DNA from: Bdellovibrio sp. | Lineage (GTDB): Bacteria; Bdellovibrionota; Bdellovibrionia; Bdellovibrionales; Bdellovibrionaceae | Length of the DNA stretch: 64,000 nucleotides | Direction: 5' to 3' | Assembly: GCA_036676395.1 (NCBI GenBank) | Contig: JAKFCY010000002.1 | Span: 2,272,001 to 2,336,000 of the forward strand | Part shown: positions 1-10,998 of the stretch, one piece after another | Layout: the number at the start of each line of letters is the position of its first letter | How positions within the stretch are numbered: the first letter of the stretch is position 1 | Notes under the pieces: model-generated | The model's input: only the letters and a program-made list of their open reading frames with translations | What the model was told of the DNA's origin: nothing | The model's database searches: none | Position numbers and translations under genes: made by a program

Positions 1-119
1 CCTCTTTCAAGAGGTTTAACGATGAACTTAGAGTACTCAGAAGTCTGAGTGTCTCTTTCGATCTCGAACCCTTTAGGCTTAATTAGCTCTCTCCAAAATT
101 TAAAATAATGTTCTTGCAT
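1..119 (-). CDS. rpoA: RNA polymerase alpha subunit, N-terminal part (runs off window start)
   Basis: Read by hand: MQEHYFKFWRELIKPKGFEIERDTQTSEYSKFIVKPLER; the (K)PLER motif and position after rpsD. Confidence 0.93.
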   Translation of the reverse strand, partial: MQEHYFKFWRELIKPKGFEIERDTQTSEYSKFIVKPLER

Positions 120-134
120 CCTTAAACCCCTTTA

Positions 135-761
135 TTATCGTGAGTAGTACTCAACGATCATGCTTTCTTCTACTGGAATTGAAATTTCATCTCTTGCAGG
201 AACATCTTTAACTGTTCCTTTGAAAGATGCGTGATCAGCTTCTAACCAGCTAGGGATAGTTCTGCGAGCTACAGCCTGGATACCAGCCTGAACTTTAGTA
301 ACTTCTCTAGATGCTTGAGCAACTTCAACAACATCACCTTTTTTAACGATGTAAGACGCGATATTTACACGTTTACCGTTAATTAAGAAGTGATTGTGAC
401 CGATCAATTGTCTCGCTTCTCTTCTAGAATTAGCATACCCAAGGGTATAAACTACGTTATCAAGTCTTAGTTCTAAAAGTCTTAGTAACTCAGTACCAGT
501 GATTCCTTTAGAAGCGTCAGCGCTGTGAAAGTATTTTCTGAATTGTTTTTCAGAAAGACCATAATAACGTTTTGCTTTTTGTTTTTCTCTTAATTGTAAT
601 GCGTACTCAGAAAACTTAAGTCTTGATTGACCATGTTGTCCCGGAGGATATGGTCTTCTTTCAAAAGCACATTTGTCAGTGAAACATCTGTCACCTTTTA
701 AGAACAACTTAGTATTTTCTCTGCGGCATAATCTACATACAGAACTATTTACACAACTCAT
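135..761 (-). CDS. rpsD: 30S ribosomal protein S4 (Cys-containing N-terminus)
   Basis: CRLCRRE..KLFLKG.RC, LREKQK, LE.RLDNVVY motifs; alpha operon order. Confidence 0.98.
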   Translation of the reverse strand: MSCVNSSVCRLCRRENTKLFLKGDRCFTDKCAFERRPYPPGQHGQSRLKFSEYALQLREKQKAKRYYGLSEKQFRKYFHSADASKGITGTELLRLLELRLDNVVYTLGYANSRREARQLIGHNHFLINGKRVNIASYIVKKGDVVEVAQASREVTKVQAGIQAVARRTIPSWLEADHASFKGTVKDVPARDEISIPVEESMIVEYYSR

Positions 762-773
762 ATCTTACTCCGA

Positions 774-1178
774 TTATATTCTTCTACGTTTAGGAGGGCG
801 GCAGCCATTATGAGGTACTGGCGTTACGTCTTTAAGAGACATTACTCGCATCCCTGTTCCTGCTAATGCACGGATTGCTGGTTCACGACCTGCACCCGGG
901 CCAGTTAAAAATACGTCTACTGATTTCATACCTTGTTCCATCGCTTTTTTAGCAGCGTCTTCACAAGTTACTTGAGCTGCGAATGGAGTCCCTTTACGAG
1001 ATCCTTTGAAACCCATGTGACCAGCAGATGACCAAGAAACTGTATCGCCACCTGGATCAGTAAAAGTGATAATCACGTTACCGAAACCTGCGTTGATGTG
1101 ACAGTGACCTGTAACAATATTCTTTTTAACTTTTTTCTTAGTTACTTTTTTATCTTTATTTTCTTGTGGTGTAGCCAT
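774..1178 (-). CDS. rpsK: 30S ribosomal protein S11
   Basis: [30 protein letters not shown]. Confidence 0.98.
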   Translation of the reverse strand: MATPQENKDKKVTKKKVKKNIVTGHCHINAGFGNVIITFTDPGGDTVSWSSAGHMGFKGSRKGTPFAAQVTCEDAAKKAMEQGMKSVDVFLTGPGAGREPAIRALAGTGMRVMSLKDVTPVPHNGCRPPKRRRI

Positions 1179-1191
1179 TATTTCATCCTAC

Positions 1192-1566
1192 CTAGACTGC
1201 TTTTTTCTTGTTAGCGACAGTTTTCTTAGGTCCTTTACGTGTTCTCGCATTTGAACGCGTATTTTGACCACGTACTGGAAGACCTTTTCTGTGTCTTACA
1301 CCACGGTAGCAGTTGATATCAGTTAAACGTTTGATCGCTTGACCGATGTCACGACGTAAATCACCTTCTACTTTGAAGTTTGCTTCGATCAACGCACGCA
1401 TTCCTGCAATGTGTTCATCTGTTAAAGCATCTGTACGAAGAGTAGATGGAATTCCCACTTGAGAGCAGATAGATTTTGCGCGAGGACGACCAATACCGAA
1501 GATATAAGTCAATGCCACTTCAACGCGTTTATTTCTTGGTAAATCGATACCCATTAAACGAGCCAT
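1192..1566 (-). CDS. rpsM: 30S ribosomal protein S13
   Basis: [27 protein letters not shown]. Confidence 0.98.
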   Translation of the reverse strand: MARLMGIDLPRNKRVEVALTYIFGIGRPRAKSICSQVGIPSTLRTDALTDEHIAGMRALIEANFKVEGDLRRDIGQAIKRLTDINCYRGVRHRKGLPVRGQNTRSNARTRKGPKKTVANKKKAV

Positions 1567-1572
1567 GTTCTA

Positions 1573-1686
1573 TTACCCCTGTCTCTGTTTGTGTTTAGCG
1601 TTCTCACAGATAACTCTGATAACGCCTTTACGTTTAATTACTTTACATTTGTTACAAATTTTTTTGACCGAAGGTCTAACTTTCAT
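1573..1686 (-). CDS. rpmJ: 50S ribosomal protein L36 (zinc-ribbon type)
   Basis: Not in ORF track; read by hand: [37 protein letters not shown], with GAGGA RBS. Confidence 0.97.
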   Translation of the reverse strand: MKVRPSVKKICNKCKVIKRKGVIRVICENAKHKQRQG

Positions 1687-1724
1687 ACGTTCCTCACAAT
1701 AACAAAACTCTTTAAAAAGAGATT

Positions 1725-1752
1725 GTTATAACATTAAAGATTGTTATGTCTA
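1725..1752 (-). promoter_or_regulatory. Putative sigma70 promoter of the rpmJ-alpha operon
   Basis: Minus strand TAGACA-N16-TATAAC with TG extended -10, about 40 nt upstream of rpmJ. Confidence 0.45.
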
Positions 1753-1860
1753 GCATAAATTTGACATTGTGCTGAATGCACTAGTCTTACCTATGCTCAA
1801 ACAAGTTTGAGCCACTTTTTTCATCAAGAAACCATCCCCGGGGTGATCCGGCTTTAGCCC

Positions 1861-2502
1861 TTAAAGCATCAGTGTCTTTTTAATTTCGTTGAAGACTTTT
1901 TCTGGTGCTTGATCGCCATCGATATTCACCATATTACCTGCCTTAAAATAGTAATCTATTGTAGGGCCTGTATTATCTTCAAATTGTTTGAGCCGCTCCG
2001 AGATCACGTCAGCATGGTCGTCTTTTCTGTGCACTAGATCACCACCGCATTTTTCACATTTATCACCCGCTTTTGAGGGTTTAGTATGAATATGGTAAAT
2101 CTCTCCGCAATTTGCACAAGTGCGACGCCCTGTTAAGCGATCGATTAAGATCTGAGGGTTGATCTTAAAATAAAAAACTTTATCTATTTTAGAGCTCGTA
2201 GATTCAAGCAATTGGCCTAAGCTCTGTGCTTGATTAACGGTTCTAGGGTAACCATCAAAAATGATCGATTTCCCTTTGTTAGTCGCTAGGTAGTCACTGA
2301 CTAAACCTAACATCAATTCATCTGGAACCAATTTGCCGGCATCCATAAAACCTTGAGCCTTTAAACCCAAATCGGTTTTATTCTTAATAGCACCACGTAA
2401 AAGGTCACCCGTGCTTAGCTGTAAGAAGCCAAACTTCTCGATCAACTCGCGCGACTGAGTCCCTTTACCTGAGCCCGGGGCTCCAATGAACAGAACGTTC
2501 AT
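1861..2502 (-). CDS. adk: Adenylate kinase (zinc-lid type)
   Basis: GAPGSGKGTQ, DGYPRT, lid CxxC...CxxC. Confidence 0.97.
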   Translation of the reverse strand: MNVLFIGAPGSGKGTQSRELIEKFGFLQLSTGDLLRGAIKNKTDLGLKAQGFMDAGKLVPDELMLGLVSDYLATNKGKSIIFDGYPRTVNQAQSLGQLLESTSSKIDKVFYFKINPQILIDRLTGRRTCANCGEIYHIHTKPSKAGDKCEKCGGDLVHRKDDHADVISERLKQFEDNTGPTIDYYFKAGNMVNIDGDQAPEKVFNEIKKTLML

Positions 2503-3827
2503 TAGAATTGAACCCTTCTGCTACGGATTTTAGTGCCCTTAAGGAATGAATCATATTTTTGAGTCAATAAGTGCGACTGAATTTGTTGAGATGTATCAAT
2601 AGCAACACCCACAAGGATCAGCAAGCTAGTACCACCGAATTGGAACGGGATACCCATCGTTTGCACTAATAAACCTGGAAGAACGCAGATTACGCAAAGG
2701 TAGAAACAACCTAACACGTTAATACGATCTAGCACGTAACGGATAAAATCCGCGGTAGATTTACCTGCACGGATACCAGGAACAAAGGCACCAGTTTTTT
2801 TCAAGTTTTCAGAAACTTCATCAGCATTGAAAACGATATCAGTATAGAAAAAAGAGAAGAAAATAATTAATGCGACAAAGATAATATTGAATACGATACC
2901 GTTCGGGTTGATCGATTCAGACATGGCTTTGATCCAAGCTACGTTAGTGAATTGCGCTAAAGTAGATGGGAACATTAATAACGAAGAAGCAAAAATTGGA
3001 GGAATAACACCAGGAAAGTTAATTTTCACAGGTAAATGGCTTGTCGCTGCTGAAGTCATACCGCCATTCGCTAAACGCTGAGAATACTGAATAGTAATAC
3101 GACGTTGAGCTACTTCCATGTAAATAACAGCAAAGATTGTTGCTACCATGAACGCTAATAATAAAATGCCAACGATGAATTGTAATTCACCAGATTTCAC
3201 TAATTGAAGGAGCTGCTGTGCGCCCGCTGGAATACCGGCTGCGATACCAGTAAAGATAATCAATGAAGTACCGTTACCGATTCCACGTTCAGAGATTTGA
3301 TCGCCTAACCACATTACAAATGAAGTACCAGCCACTAATGTCGTGATCGTGATAAATTTAAAGTAGTAAATACCTAACATGCCGCCAGTAATTAGCATTC
3401 TGCCATCAGGTAAACTTTGGCTAGATAGCCATGTGCTCATACCGTAACCCTGAATAATCGCTAGAACGATCGTTGCATATTTAGTGTATTGCGTGATTTT
3501 TTTACGTCCAGATTCGCCCTCTTTTTTAAGAGCTTCTAAGTGAGGGATTGCTGACGTTAATAATTGGAAAATAATAGAAGCAGAGATGTAAGGCATGATT
3601 CCCAATGCAAAGATTGAGAACTGCGCTAACGCACCACCAGTGAAAGTATTGAATAAGCCGAAAATTCCGCGATTTTGTGAATTGAAAAATTCAGAAACTG
3701 CGTTGCCATCCACTCCAGGAGTTGGGATGTGCACACCGATTCTGTAAATCGCTAAACAGAACAAAGTAAATAGGATTTTCGATCTTAAAGTATTCGCACC
3801 TTTGTTGTCGTTCACTTGCTGAGCCAC
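2502..3827 (-). CDS. secY: Preprotein translocase subunit SecY
   Basis: SIFALGIMPYISASII, GIGNGTSL, PGIRAG, GGTSLLILVGV. Confidence 0.98.
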   Translation of the reverse strand: MAQQVNDNKGANTLRSKILFTLFCLAIYRIGVHIPTPGVDGNAVSEFFNSQNRGIFGLFNTFTGGALAQFSIFALGIMPYISASIIFQLLTSAIPHLEALKKEGESGRKKITQYTKYATIVLAIIQGYGMSTWLSSQSLPDGRMLITGGMLGIYYFKFITITTLVAGTSFVMWLGDQISERGIGNGTSLIIFTGIAAGIPAGAQQLLQLVKSGELQFIVGILLLAFMVATIFAVIYMEVAQRRITIQYSQRLANGGMTSAATSHLPVKINFPGVIPPIFASSLLMFPSTLAQFTNVAWIKAMSESINPNGIVFNIIFVALIIFFSFFYTDIVFNADEVSENLKKTGAFVPGIRAGKSTADFIRYVLDRINVLGCFYLCVICVLPGLLVQTMGIPFQFGGTSLLILVGVAIDTSQQIQSHLLTQKYDSFLKGTKIRSRRVQF

Positions 3828-3935
3828 TCTTCTGCCTCTTTCGTTTATATAGACCTAACACAAGAATAGACCCTCTCGGGTCTAAATTCTTTGGTAGAAC
3901 TTTTTGGGACTAAAATCTATCTTAGCCCCTATTAA

Positions 3936-4427
3936 CTATTTCTTTTTAGCTTTTTTTACTTTAGCTGGTCTAGCCCAAGTAGCTTTTGCTGCGATTAACT
4001 CAACTTTGCCGCCAAGTTTTTCGATTGCTGCCTGTGCTGACTTGCTAATAAAATTAGCTTTCAAAGTGATAGCTTTTTTAAGTTCGCCTTTAGCCAAAAC
4101 CTTGAACTTAGAATTTTTCTTGATTAAACCGGCTTTGTAAAGCGCAGCTGCATCAACGATACCATCTACTTTATTTAATGCTGCTAAAGTAACCTCTTCG
4201 TATTTCGTAGCAAACTGAGCGTTTGTGAAACCGAATTTAGGTAGACGACGAGATAAAGGAGTTTGACCACCCTCGAAACCACGACGAACTTTACCACCAG
4301 TACGTGCTAATTGGCCTTTGTGACCTTTAGCAGAAGTTCCACCGATACCAGAACCGATACCGCGACCAACGCGCTTGCGGTAGTGAGTAGAACCTTCTTT
4401 TGGAGCTAATTTACTTAATAAACTCAT
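3936..4427 (-). CDS. rplO: 50S ribosomal protein L15
   Basis: RVGRGIGSG, GFEGGQTPL.RRLPKFGF. Confidence 0.98.
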   Translation of the reverse strand: MSLLSKLAPKEGSTHYRKRVGRGIGSGIGGTSAKGHKGQLARTGGKVRRGFEGGQTPLSRRLPKFGFTNAQFATKYEEVTLAALNKVDGIVDAAALYKAGLIKKNSKFKVLAKGELKKAITLKANFISKSAQAAIEKLGGKVELIAAKATWARPAKVKKAKKK

Positions 4428-4441
4428 AACTTCCTCTTAAC

Positions 4442-4627
4442 TTATTTGATAACTTTAATTTCAACCATGTGTTGAACTTTAAAAAGTTGGCCACGGTTAG
4501 CTGCATTATCAGCTAACTCTACAGTTGAATTGATTTTTCTTAAACCAAGACCATTTACAGTCTTTCTTTGAGTTTCAGAGCAAGCAATTGTTGATTTTTT
4601 TAATGTTACTAAAAACTTTTTAGCCAT
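4442..4627 (-). CDS. rpmD: 50S ribosomal protein L30
   Basis: LKKS.I, LGLRKIN, position between rpsE and rplO. Confidence 0.95.
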   Translation of the reverse strand: MAKKFLVTLKKSTIACSETQRKTVNGLGLRKINSTVELADNAANRGQLFKVQHMVEIKVIK

Positions 4628-4639
4628 GACAGACTCCTA

Positions 4640-5095
4640 TTACGCTTGCGCAGCTTTTTTAAGCTGTTTAAGACCGTCTAAAGTTGCTCTAACCGCATTG
4701 TGAGGGTTACGAGTACCAACACATTTAGTTAAAATATCTTTAACGCCAACTGATTCAAGAACCGCACGAACCGCACCACCAGCGATAACGCCAGTACCTG
4801 CTGCTGCTGGTTTCATGATCACTTTAGCTGATCCGAATTTACCGATCACTTCATGAGGGATCGTACCATCTTTTAAATTAACATCGCTGCATTGTTTTTT
4901 AGCAGAGCGAGTTGCTTTACCAATAGCTTCAGGAACTTCGCCTGCTTTACCGCTACCGAAACCAACTTGACCTAATCTATCGCCTACTACTACTAGTGCT
5001 GCGAAAGAGAATCTACGACCGCCCTTAACAACTTTAGTTACGCGGTTGATAGCAACTACTTTTTCTTCTAATTCGTTTACTAATGCTTTATCCAC
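4640..5095 (-). CDS. rpsE: 30S ribosomal protein S5
   Basis: [23 protein letters not shown]. Confidence 0.98.
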   Translation of the reverse strand: MDKALVNELEEKVVAINRVTKVVKGGRRFSFAALVVVGDRLGQVGFGSGKAGEVPEAIGKATRSAKKQCSDVNLKDGTIPHEVIGKFGSAKVIMKPAAAGTGVIAGGAVRAVLESVGVKDILTKCVGTRNPHNAVRATLDGLKQLKKAAQA

Positions 5096-5106
5096 ATGAT
5101 CCCCTA

Positions 5107-5475
5107 TTAAAAGTTAAGGCCGCCCTCGCGGGCTCCATCTGCTAAGGCTTGTACACGGCCATGATAAACGAAACCATTTCTGTCGAATACAACAGTAGTG
5201 ATTCCTTTTTTCTTAGCTTGTTCAGCGATTTGTTTACCAACAGTTTTAGCAGCTTCTTTGTTACCGTTTTTTAATTCGGCAGATAAAGAGGATACTGACA
5301 ATAAAGTTGTTTGAGCTACATCGTTAATGATTTGCGCGTAGATGTGTGCACCTGAACGGAATACACATAAACGTGGTCTTTCAGATGTTCCACTAACAAC
5401 TTTTCTGATTCTGATTTTTTTCTTCAAACGATTTACTACTTTTGAAGCTGTTTTTTTAGAAAAATTTAATTTCAT
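5107..5475 (-). CDS. rplR: 50S ribosomal protein L18
   Basis: [23 protein letters not shown]. Confidence 0.97.
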   Translation of the reverse strand: MKLNFSKKTASKVVNRLKKKIRIRKVVSGTSERPRLCVFRSGAHIYAQIINDVAQTTLLSVSSLSAELKNGNKEAAKTVGKQIAEQAKKKGITTVVFDRNGFVYHGRVQALADGAREGGLNF

Positions 5476-5483
5476 ATTATCCT

Positions 5484-6023
5484 CTATTTACCAGCTGATT
5501 TGCCGGCTTTACGTCTGATATGTTCACCAACATAACGAACACCTTTACCTAAATAAGGCTCTGGCGGACGGAAAGATCTGATTTTAGCTGCAACTTGACC
5601 AACAAGAGCTTTGTCAGCACCAGTCACGCTTACAGTTGTTTGTTTATCAACTTTGATTTCGATACCTTCTGGGATATCAAAAATCACAGGGTGTGAAAAA
5701 CCTAAAGCTAATTCTAATTTTTTACCGTTAACAGTACCGCGGTAACCTACGCCATGCATTTCTAGCGCTTTCGTGAAACCTGCAGTTACACCTTTAACAG
5801 CGTTAGAGATTAAAACTTTGTATAAACCGTGTAAAGACTTAGATTCTTTTGAATCGTCAGCACGAGTTAATACAACTGTTTTACCATCAACTTTAGCAGT
5901 GATGTTTTTTCTTAAGCTGTAAGATAAAGATGATTTCGCACCTTTAACTGTAACATTTTGACCAGCAACAGTAACTGTTGCTTTGTCATCGATATTTACT
6001 GGATATTTACCAATTCTCGACAT
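5484..6023 (-). CDS. rplF: 50S ribosomal protein L6
   Basis: MSRIGK, GVGYR, RPPEPY.GKGVRY. Confidence 0.98.
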   Translation of the reverse strand: MSRIGKYPVNIDDKATVTVAGQNVTVKGAKSSLSYSLRKNITAKVDGKTVVLTRADDSKESKSLHGLYKVLISNAVKGVTAGFTKALEMHGVGYRGTVNGKKLELALGFSHPVIFDIPEGIEIKVDKQTTVSVTGADKALVGQVAAKIRSFRPPEPYLGKGVRYVGEHIRRKAGKSAGK

Positions 6024-6030
6024 CTTCTAC

Positions 6031-6420
6031 CTACCACACTACTGCTAGTACTTCGCCGCCAACATTTTGTTTTTTAGCGTCTGTACCAGTTAGTAAACCT
6101 TTGTTTGTACTTAGGATGCACATACCGTATCCAGAACGTACGTTCGGAACATCAGTAGCGTGAACATAAGAACGTTTCCCAGGACGGCTAACTTTTTGGA
6201 TAGCTGTCATTGCTGGAGTTCCTGCATCGTCATATTTTAAATAAATACGCATGATACCTTGTTTTGAATCTTTAGCTACTTTGAAGCTTCTGATGTAACC
6301 AGTATCTGCTAGGATTTTTGCTAAGTTCTCTCTCATTTTAGAAGAGGGCATATCCACTTTTTCAAGTTTAGCCGAAGAACCATTTCTAATAATTGTTAAC
6401 ATTTGTGCGACTGTATCCAT
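6031..6420 (-). CDS. rpsH: 30S ribosomal protein S8
   Basis: MLTIIRN, SRPGKRSY, VGGEVL. Confidence 0.97.
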   Translation of the reverse strand: MDTVAQMLTIIRNGSSAKLEKVDMPSSKMRENLAKILADTGYIRSFKVAKDSKQGIMRIYLKYDDAGTPAMTAIQKVSRPGKRSYVHATDVPNVRSGYGMCILSTNKGLLTGTDAKKQNVGGEVLAVVW

Positions 6421-6428
6421 AGTGACTC

Positions 6429-6734
6429 CTACCAGCTAGCTTTCGTTACGCCTGGAAGTTTACCTTCTAAAGCTAGTTGTCTGAAAACCATTCTGCATAA
6501 ACCGAATTTACGGTAGTTACCACGAGGGCGACCAGTTAATTCACAACGAGTGATTACGCGGTTTGGATTAGTATTTTTAGGTAAAGCTTGTAATTTCTTA
6601 CGAGCTTCGTCTCTAGTTTCGTCAGAAAGTTTCATGTCCACAGCTTTTTCACGTAATTCTTTACGGTAAGCACGGTACTTGCTAGAGATCGCTTTTCTTT
6701 TATTGTTTTTTACAACACTTGATTTTCTTGCCAT
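6429..6734 (-). CDS. rpsN: 30S ribosomal protein S14 (long, zinc-independent type)
   Basis: 101 aa; [26 protein letters not shown]. Confidence 0.97.
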   Translation of the reverse strand: MARKSSVVKNNKRKAISSKYRAYRKELREKAVDMKLSDETRDEARKKLQALPKNTNPNRVITRCELTGRPRGNYRKFGLCRMVFRQLALEGKLPGVTKASW

Positions 6735-6747
6735 ATTAATCCTTCAA

Positions 6748-7287
6748 TTACTTTCTGAAAGGTAAGCCTAAAGCTTCCAATAATGCGCGGCCATCGTTGT
6801 CTGTTCCAGCTGTTGTACAAATAGTGATATTCATACCACGTGTTTTTTCAATTTTATCAAAATTGATTTCCGGGAATACGATTTGTTCTTTCAAACCCAT
6901 ATTGTAGTTACCACGGCCATCAAAGCCTTTATTTGGTAAACCACGGAAGTCACGTACGCGAGGTAACGCTAAAGTTTGTAAACGATCTAAGAAAGACCAC
7001 ATTTTTTCGCGACGTAATGTTACGCGCACGCCAATAGGAATACCTTCACGTAATTTAAAGTTAGAAATTGCTTTCTTAGCTTTAGTTACAACTGCTTTTT
7101 GACCAGCAATTGAAGAGATCTCTTCAACGATACCGTTTACGATTTTAGGATTTTGAACCGCATCAGACGTACAAACGCTGATAACGATTTTTTCTAAACG
7201 AGGCACTTGCATAGCGCTAGTGTAACCTTGTTTTTTTACTAAGTGAGGGACGATTTCTTTTGTGTATTGTTCTTTTAAACGATTCAT
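6748..7287 (-). CDS. rplE: 50S ribosomal protein L5
   Basis: MNRLKE start; [17 protein letters not shown]; start trimmed to ATG at 7287. Confidence 0.97.
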   Translation of the reverse strand: MNRLKEQYTKEIVPHLVKKQGYTSAMQVPRLEKIVISVCTSDAVQNPKIVNGIVEEISSIAGQKAVVTKAKKAISNFKLREGIPIGVRVTLRREKMWSFLDRLQTLALPRVRDFRGLPNKGFDGRGNYNMGLKEQIVFPEINFDKIEKTRGMNITICTTAGTDNDGRALLEALGLPFRK

Positions 7288-7300
7288 CTTCAACCTCTAC

Positions 7301-7669
7301 CTATAATACTTCTGGAGCAAGTGAAACGATTTTTACGAATTGTTTCGATCTTAACTCTCTCGCTACTGGACCAAAAATACGAGTTCCGATTGGTTCTTTA
7401 TTCGCATTGATTAAAACTGCAGAGTTATCATCAAAACGGATATAGCTTCCATCAGGTCTTCTTAATTTATGAATTGTACGAACGATAACGGCTTTCGCAA
7501 CGTCACCTTTCTTAACTTTTGCAGTTGGGATTGCTTCACGGATTGAAACAACAATTACGTCGCCAATGTGAGCAAAACGTCTTTTAGAACCGCCTAAAAC
7601 TTTGATACACATTACTTCTTTTGCACCAGAGTTATCAGCTACGTTTAATTTAGTTTGCATTTGAATCAT
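7301..7669 (-). CDS. rplN: 50S ribosomal protein L14
   Basis: [26 protein letters not shown]. Confidence 0.98.
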   Translation of the reverse strand: MIQMQTKLNVADNSGAKEVMCIKVLGGSKRRFAHIGDVIVVSIREAIPTAKVKKGDVAKAVIVRTIHKLRRPDGSYIRFDDNSAVLINANKEPIGTRIFGPVARELRSKQFVKIVSLAPEVL

Positions 7670-7681
7670 AAAACTACTCCC

Positions 7682-7984
7682 CTACTTCGTCGTGTTTAAC
7701 ACTTCAGTAAGTGCCCAGCGTTTTGATTTGCTGATTGGTTTAGTTTCATGAATTGTAACAGTGTCACCGACTTTACATTGTTTTTTCTCGTCGTGAGCTT
7801 TGATTACAGAAGATTTACGGATGTATTTTCCGTATTTTGCGTGGCGAACCATACGATAAACCAATACCGATATTGTTTTATCCATTTTGTTCGCGATCAC
7901 TTCACCTTGTAACTCAACTCTACGGCCTCGAGTACTAACAGTTTTATCCGGTTGTTTTCCGCTCGTTGTTGCCTTAGCAGCCAT
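7682..7984 (-). CDS. rpsQ: 30S ribosomal protein S17 (N-terminal extension)
   Basis: KMDKTI.V, AHDE, ET.PISKSKRW. Confidence 0.96.
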   Translation of the reverse strand: MAAKATTSGKQPDKTVSTRGRRVELQGEVIANKMDKTISVLVYRMVRHAKYGKYIRKSSVIKAHDEKKQCKVGDTVTIHETKPISKSKRWALTEVLNTTK

Positions 7985-7991
7985 TTTTTAC

Positions 7992-8183
7992 CTACCTTAC
8001 GCTTTTCTTAACGATTGCTGTGTTAATCTTAGCAATGTCTTTTCTTACTACTCTGATTTGAACTGGATTAGCCAATTGACCAAGAGAGTTCTTCATTTTC
8101 ATTTCAAACAATTGAGACGTTAAGTCTTGTTTTTGTTTGATTAATTCTTTTAACGATTTGTTTTCGATATCTACGAATTTCAT
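7992..8183 (-). CDS. rpmC: 50S ribosomal protein L29
   Basis: GQLANP..IR..RKDIAKI; position. Confidence 0.95.
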   Translation of the reverse strand: MKFVDIENKSLKELIKQKQDLTSQLFEMKMKNSLGQLANPVQIRVVRKDIAKINTAIVKKSVR

Positions 8184-8185
8184 AA

Positions 8186-8593
8186 CTACGTTCTCTCTAA
8201 AAATTTAGTTTTAAACGGAAGCTTATGAGACGCTCTTAAGAATGCCTCTTTAGCTTGTTCCTTAGTAACACCATTCATTTCGAATAGGATGCGACCAGGA
8301 AGAACTTTAGAAACCCAAAATTCCGGATTACCTTTACCGCTACCCATACGAGTTTCAGCAGGTTTTTTTGTTACAGGAAGATCTGGGAATACACGGCACC
8401 AAACTTTACCACCACGTTTGATAGTACGATTGATAGCGATACGACCAGCTTCTAATTGACGAGCTGTTAACATACCATGTTCAGTAGCTTGTAAACCAAA
8501 ATCACCGAAATCAAGAGTTGATCCACGAGTCGCTAAACCTCTAGAACGACCAATGAATTGCTTTCTCCATTTTACACGTTTAGGACTTAGCAC
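8186..8593 (-). CDS. rplP: 50S ribosomal protein L16
   Basis: [25 protein letters not shown]. Confidence 0.98.
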   Translation of the reverse strand: MLSPKRVKWRKQFIGRSRGLATRGSTLDFGDFGLQATEHGMLTARQLEAGRIAINRTIKRGGKVWCRVFPDLPVTKKPAETRMGSGKGNPEFWVSKVLPGRILFEMNGVTKEQAKEAFLRASHKLPFKTKFLERT

Positions 8594-9245
8594 GATTTAC
8601 CTCCGAATGCTCTTTTGCAGAAAGAATGTCACCTTTGTAGATCCATACTTTCATACCAATAATTCCATATGCAGTTAATGCTTCTGCAGTTCCGTAATCA
8701 ATATCAGCACGTAATGTGTGAAGTGGAACTGACTTTTCGTTGTACCATTCAGAACGAGCAATCTCTGCTCCATCTAAACGACCAGAAACACGGATTTTGA
8801 TACCACGCACGCCGCCTTTGATAGCTGCTGCGATAGATTTTTTAAGAGCACGTCTCCAAGAGATACGTTTCTCTAATTGCATTGCGATTGATTCCGCAAC
8901 TAATTGAGCTTCTGTATCTGGTTTACGTACTTCTTGAATGCTTAAGAAAACTTCGTTCTTAGTTAACTTTTGAACGTCAGCTTTCAAAGTATCAATACCA
9001 GTACCTTTTTTACCAATTACAACACCAGGGCGAGCAGTGTGGATAATAAGTTTAACTTTATTAGCCGCGCGCTCGATTTCAATTTTAGCAACGCCTGCGT
9101 GTTTTAATTTACCTTTTAAGTATTTTCTTAATTTAATGTCTTCGTGAAGATTGTCATAGTAAGTATTGCCTTTTGCATACCATCTTGAATCCCAAGATCT
9201 AATAACACCAACTCTAAAACCAATTGGATGAACCTTTTGTCCCAT
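8580..9245 (-). CDS. rpsC: 30S ribosomal protein S3
   Basis: [32 protein letters not shown]. Confidence 0.98.
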   Translation of the reverse strand: MGQKVHPIGFRVGVIRSWDSRWYAKGNTYYDNLHEDIKLRKYLKGKLKHAGVAKIEIERAANKVKLIIHTARPGVVIGKKGTGIDTLKADVQKLTKNEVFLSIQEVRKPDTEAQLVAESIAMQLEKRISWRRALKKSIAAAIKGGVRGIKIRVSGRLDGAEIARSEWYNEKSVPLHTLRADIDYGTAEALTAYGIIGMKVWIYKGDILSAKEHSEVNRAKS

Positions 9246-9247
9246 TA

Positions 9248-9580
9248 CTATTTCTCTCCCAATACAACGTCAATGTGACTTAGTTTTTTACGAACTCCAA
9301 AAGCACGACCTTGCGCTCTTGGGCGGAAACGTTTTAAAACCGGGCCACCGTCTACAGTTAATTTTTTAACGATTAACTTGTCTACAGCCATAGTTTTTTT
9401 GTAATCCGCGTTCGCTACTGCTGATTCGATTAATTTCTTAATTAACCCAGCAGTTTTTTTGTTCATAACGGTCAAAATCTTAAGAGCTTCGTCAACTGAT
9501 TTACCGCGAACGGTGTCAGCAACTAAGCGAGCCTTTTGGGCTCCAACTCTTGCATATTTTAAAGATGCTTTAGCTTCCAT
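9248..9580 (-). CDS. rplV: 50S ribosomal protein L22
   Basis: [27 protein letters not shown]. Confidence 0.97.
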   Translation of the reverse strand: MEAKASLKYARVGAQKARLVADTVRGKSVDEALKILTVMNKKTAGLIKKLIESAVANADYKKTMAVDKLIVKKLTVDGGPVLKRFRPRAQGRAFGVRKKLSHIDVVLGEK

Positions 9581-9588
9581 ATTCTATC

Positions 9589-9879
9589 CTACTTCTTCGC
9601 CACTGCTGGAGCTGCTGCTTTTTTCTCAGCGTGACCAGCAAAAGTTCTAGTTGGCGCGAATTCGCCAAGTTTATGACCAATCATGTTCTCAGAAACGTAT
9701 ACTGGAACAAACTTTCTGCCGTTATGTACAGCAAAAGTCAATCCTACATACTCTGGGAAGATCGTAGAACGTCTTGACCATGTTTTAATTACTTTTTTGT
9801 CGTTCTTTTGGATAGCCGTCTCAGCTTTTTTAGCTAAGTGAATATCGATAAAAGGACCTTTTTTAATTGAACGTGCCAT
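9589..9879 (-). CDS. rpsS: 30S ribosomal protein S19
   Basis: [30 protein letters not shown]. Confidence 0.98.
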   Translation of the reverse strand: MARSIKKGPFIDIHLAKKAETAIQKNDKKVIKTWSRRSTIFPEYVGLTFAVHNGRKFVPVYVSENMIGHKLGEFAPTRTFAGHAEKKAAAPAVAKK

Positions 9880-9887
9880 GCATCCTC

Positions 9888-10706
9888 CTACTTACGACGC
9901 TTAATGATTGATGAATCAGTACGTTTGTTATGACGAGTCTTGTAACCTTTACAAGGCTGGCCCCAAGGTGTTACCGGGTGATGACCCTTGCCAACGCCTT
10001 CACCACCGCCCAATGGATGGTCAACTGGATTCATGTGCATACCGCGTACAGAAGGTCTGATACCTCTCCAACGAGAGCGGCCTGCTTTACCAAGTTTAGT
10101 GTTTTCGTTATCAGTGTTACCAACTTGACCGATTGAAGCCTTACAAGTTGATAAGATTTGCTTTAACTCGCCAGACGGTAAACGTACTTGGCAATATTTT
10201 TCGCCTTTACCAGCTAAAGTTGCAGAGGCGCCAGCGCCACGACAAATTTGGCCACCCTTGCCTGGACGCATTTCAATATTATGAATGATCGTACCAACTG
10301 GGATTGTAGAAATTGTTAAGCAATTTCCTGGTTTGATATCGGCTTTATCGCTTGAAGTCACTGTATCACCGACATTTAAGCCCACTGGAGCTAAGATGTA
10401 AGCTTTGTGCCCATCAGCGTAGTGTAAAAGAGCAATACGGCAAGTTCTGTTTGGATCGTACTCGATCGCAGCAACTTTTGCTGGTACTTCTAATTTATTA
10501 CGTTTGAAATCAACCAAACGGTATTTACGCTTATGTGCGCCACCTTGGTGACGAACAGTGATCATGCCCGTATTGTTACGCGCAGATACTTTTTTAAGTG
10601 AAACTGTTAATGCTTTTTCCGGTTTAGTTTTAGTGATTTCTTTGAAATCGAATCCAACTATTCCGCGGCTTGCATGTGATCTAGATCCAAATACTTTTAA
10701 ACCCAT
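9888..10706 (-). CDS. rplB: 50S ribosomal protein L2
   Basis: EYDPNR, GKAGR.RW.G.RP.VRG..MNPVDHP.GGG. Confidence 0.98.
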   Translation of the reverse strand: MGLKVFGSRSHASRGIVGFDFKEITKTKPEKALTVSLKKVSARNNTGMITVRHQGGAHKRKYRLVDFKRNKLEVPAKVAAIEYDPNRTCRIALLHYADGHKAYILAPVGLNVGDTVTSSDKADIKPGNCLTISTIPVGTIIHNIEMRPGKGGQICRGAGASATLAGKGEKYCQVRLPSGELKQILSTCKASIGQVGNTDNENTKLGKAGRSRWRGIRPSVRGMHMNPVDHPLGGGEGVGKGHHPVTPWGQPCKGYKTRHNKRTDSSIIKRRK

Positions 10707-10708
10707 GA

Positions 10709-10987
10709 TTATGCTCCCTCAAATAATGAAATTTTTTGGCCCGGAGCTAACTGAACAAAAGCTTTTTTCCATTTTTTCGGTACTGTAAGACCGAATTTAG
10801 AATAGCGCATATCGTCTCTGCAAACTGCGGTACGGATTTTTTGAACTTTTACATTAAAGTTAGTTTCAACTTCTTTTTTGATTTGGTCTTTAGAAGAAGC
10901 TAAATCAACTTTAAATACATACGTTCCAGCTTCTGCTAAAACTGTATTTTTTTCTGTGATTAGTGGAGATTTTAAGTGTTGTTTCAT
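10709..10987 (-). CDS. rplW: 50S ribosomal protein L23
   Basis: [14 protein letters not shown]; start trimmed to ATG (MKQHL). Confidence 0.95.
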   Translation of the reverse strand: MKQHLKSPLITEKNTVLAEAGTYVFKVDLASSKDQIKKEVETNFNVKVQKIRTAVCRDDMRYSKFGLTVPKKWKKAFVQLAPGQKISLFEGA

Positions 10988-10998
10988 GTTTTCCCCGA

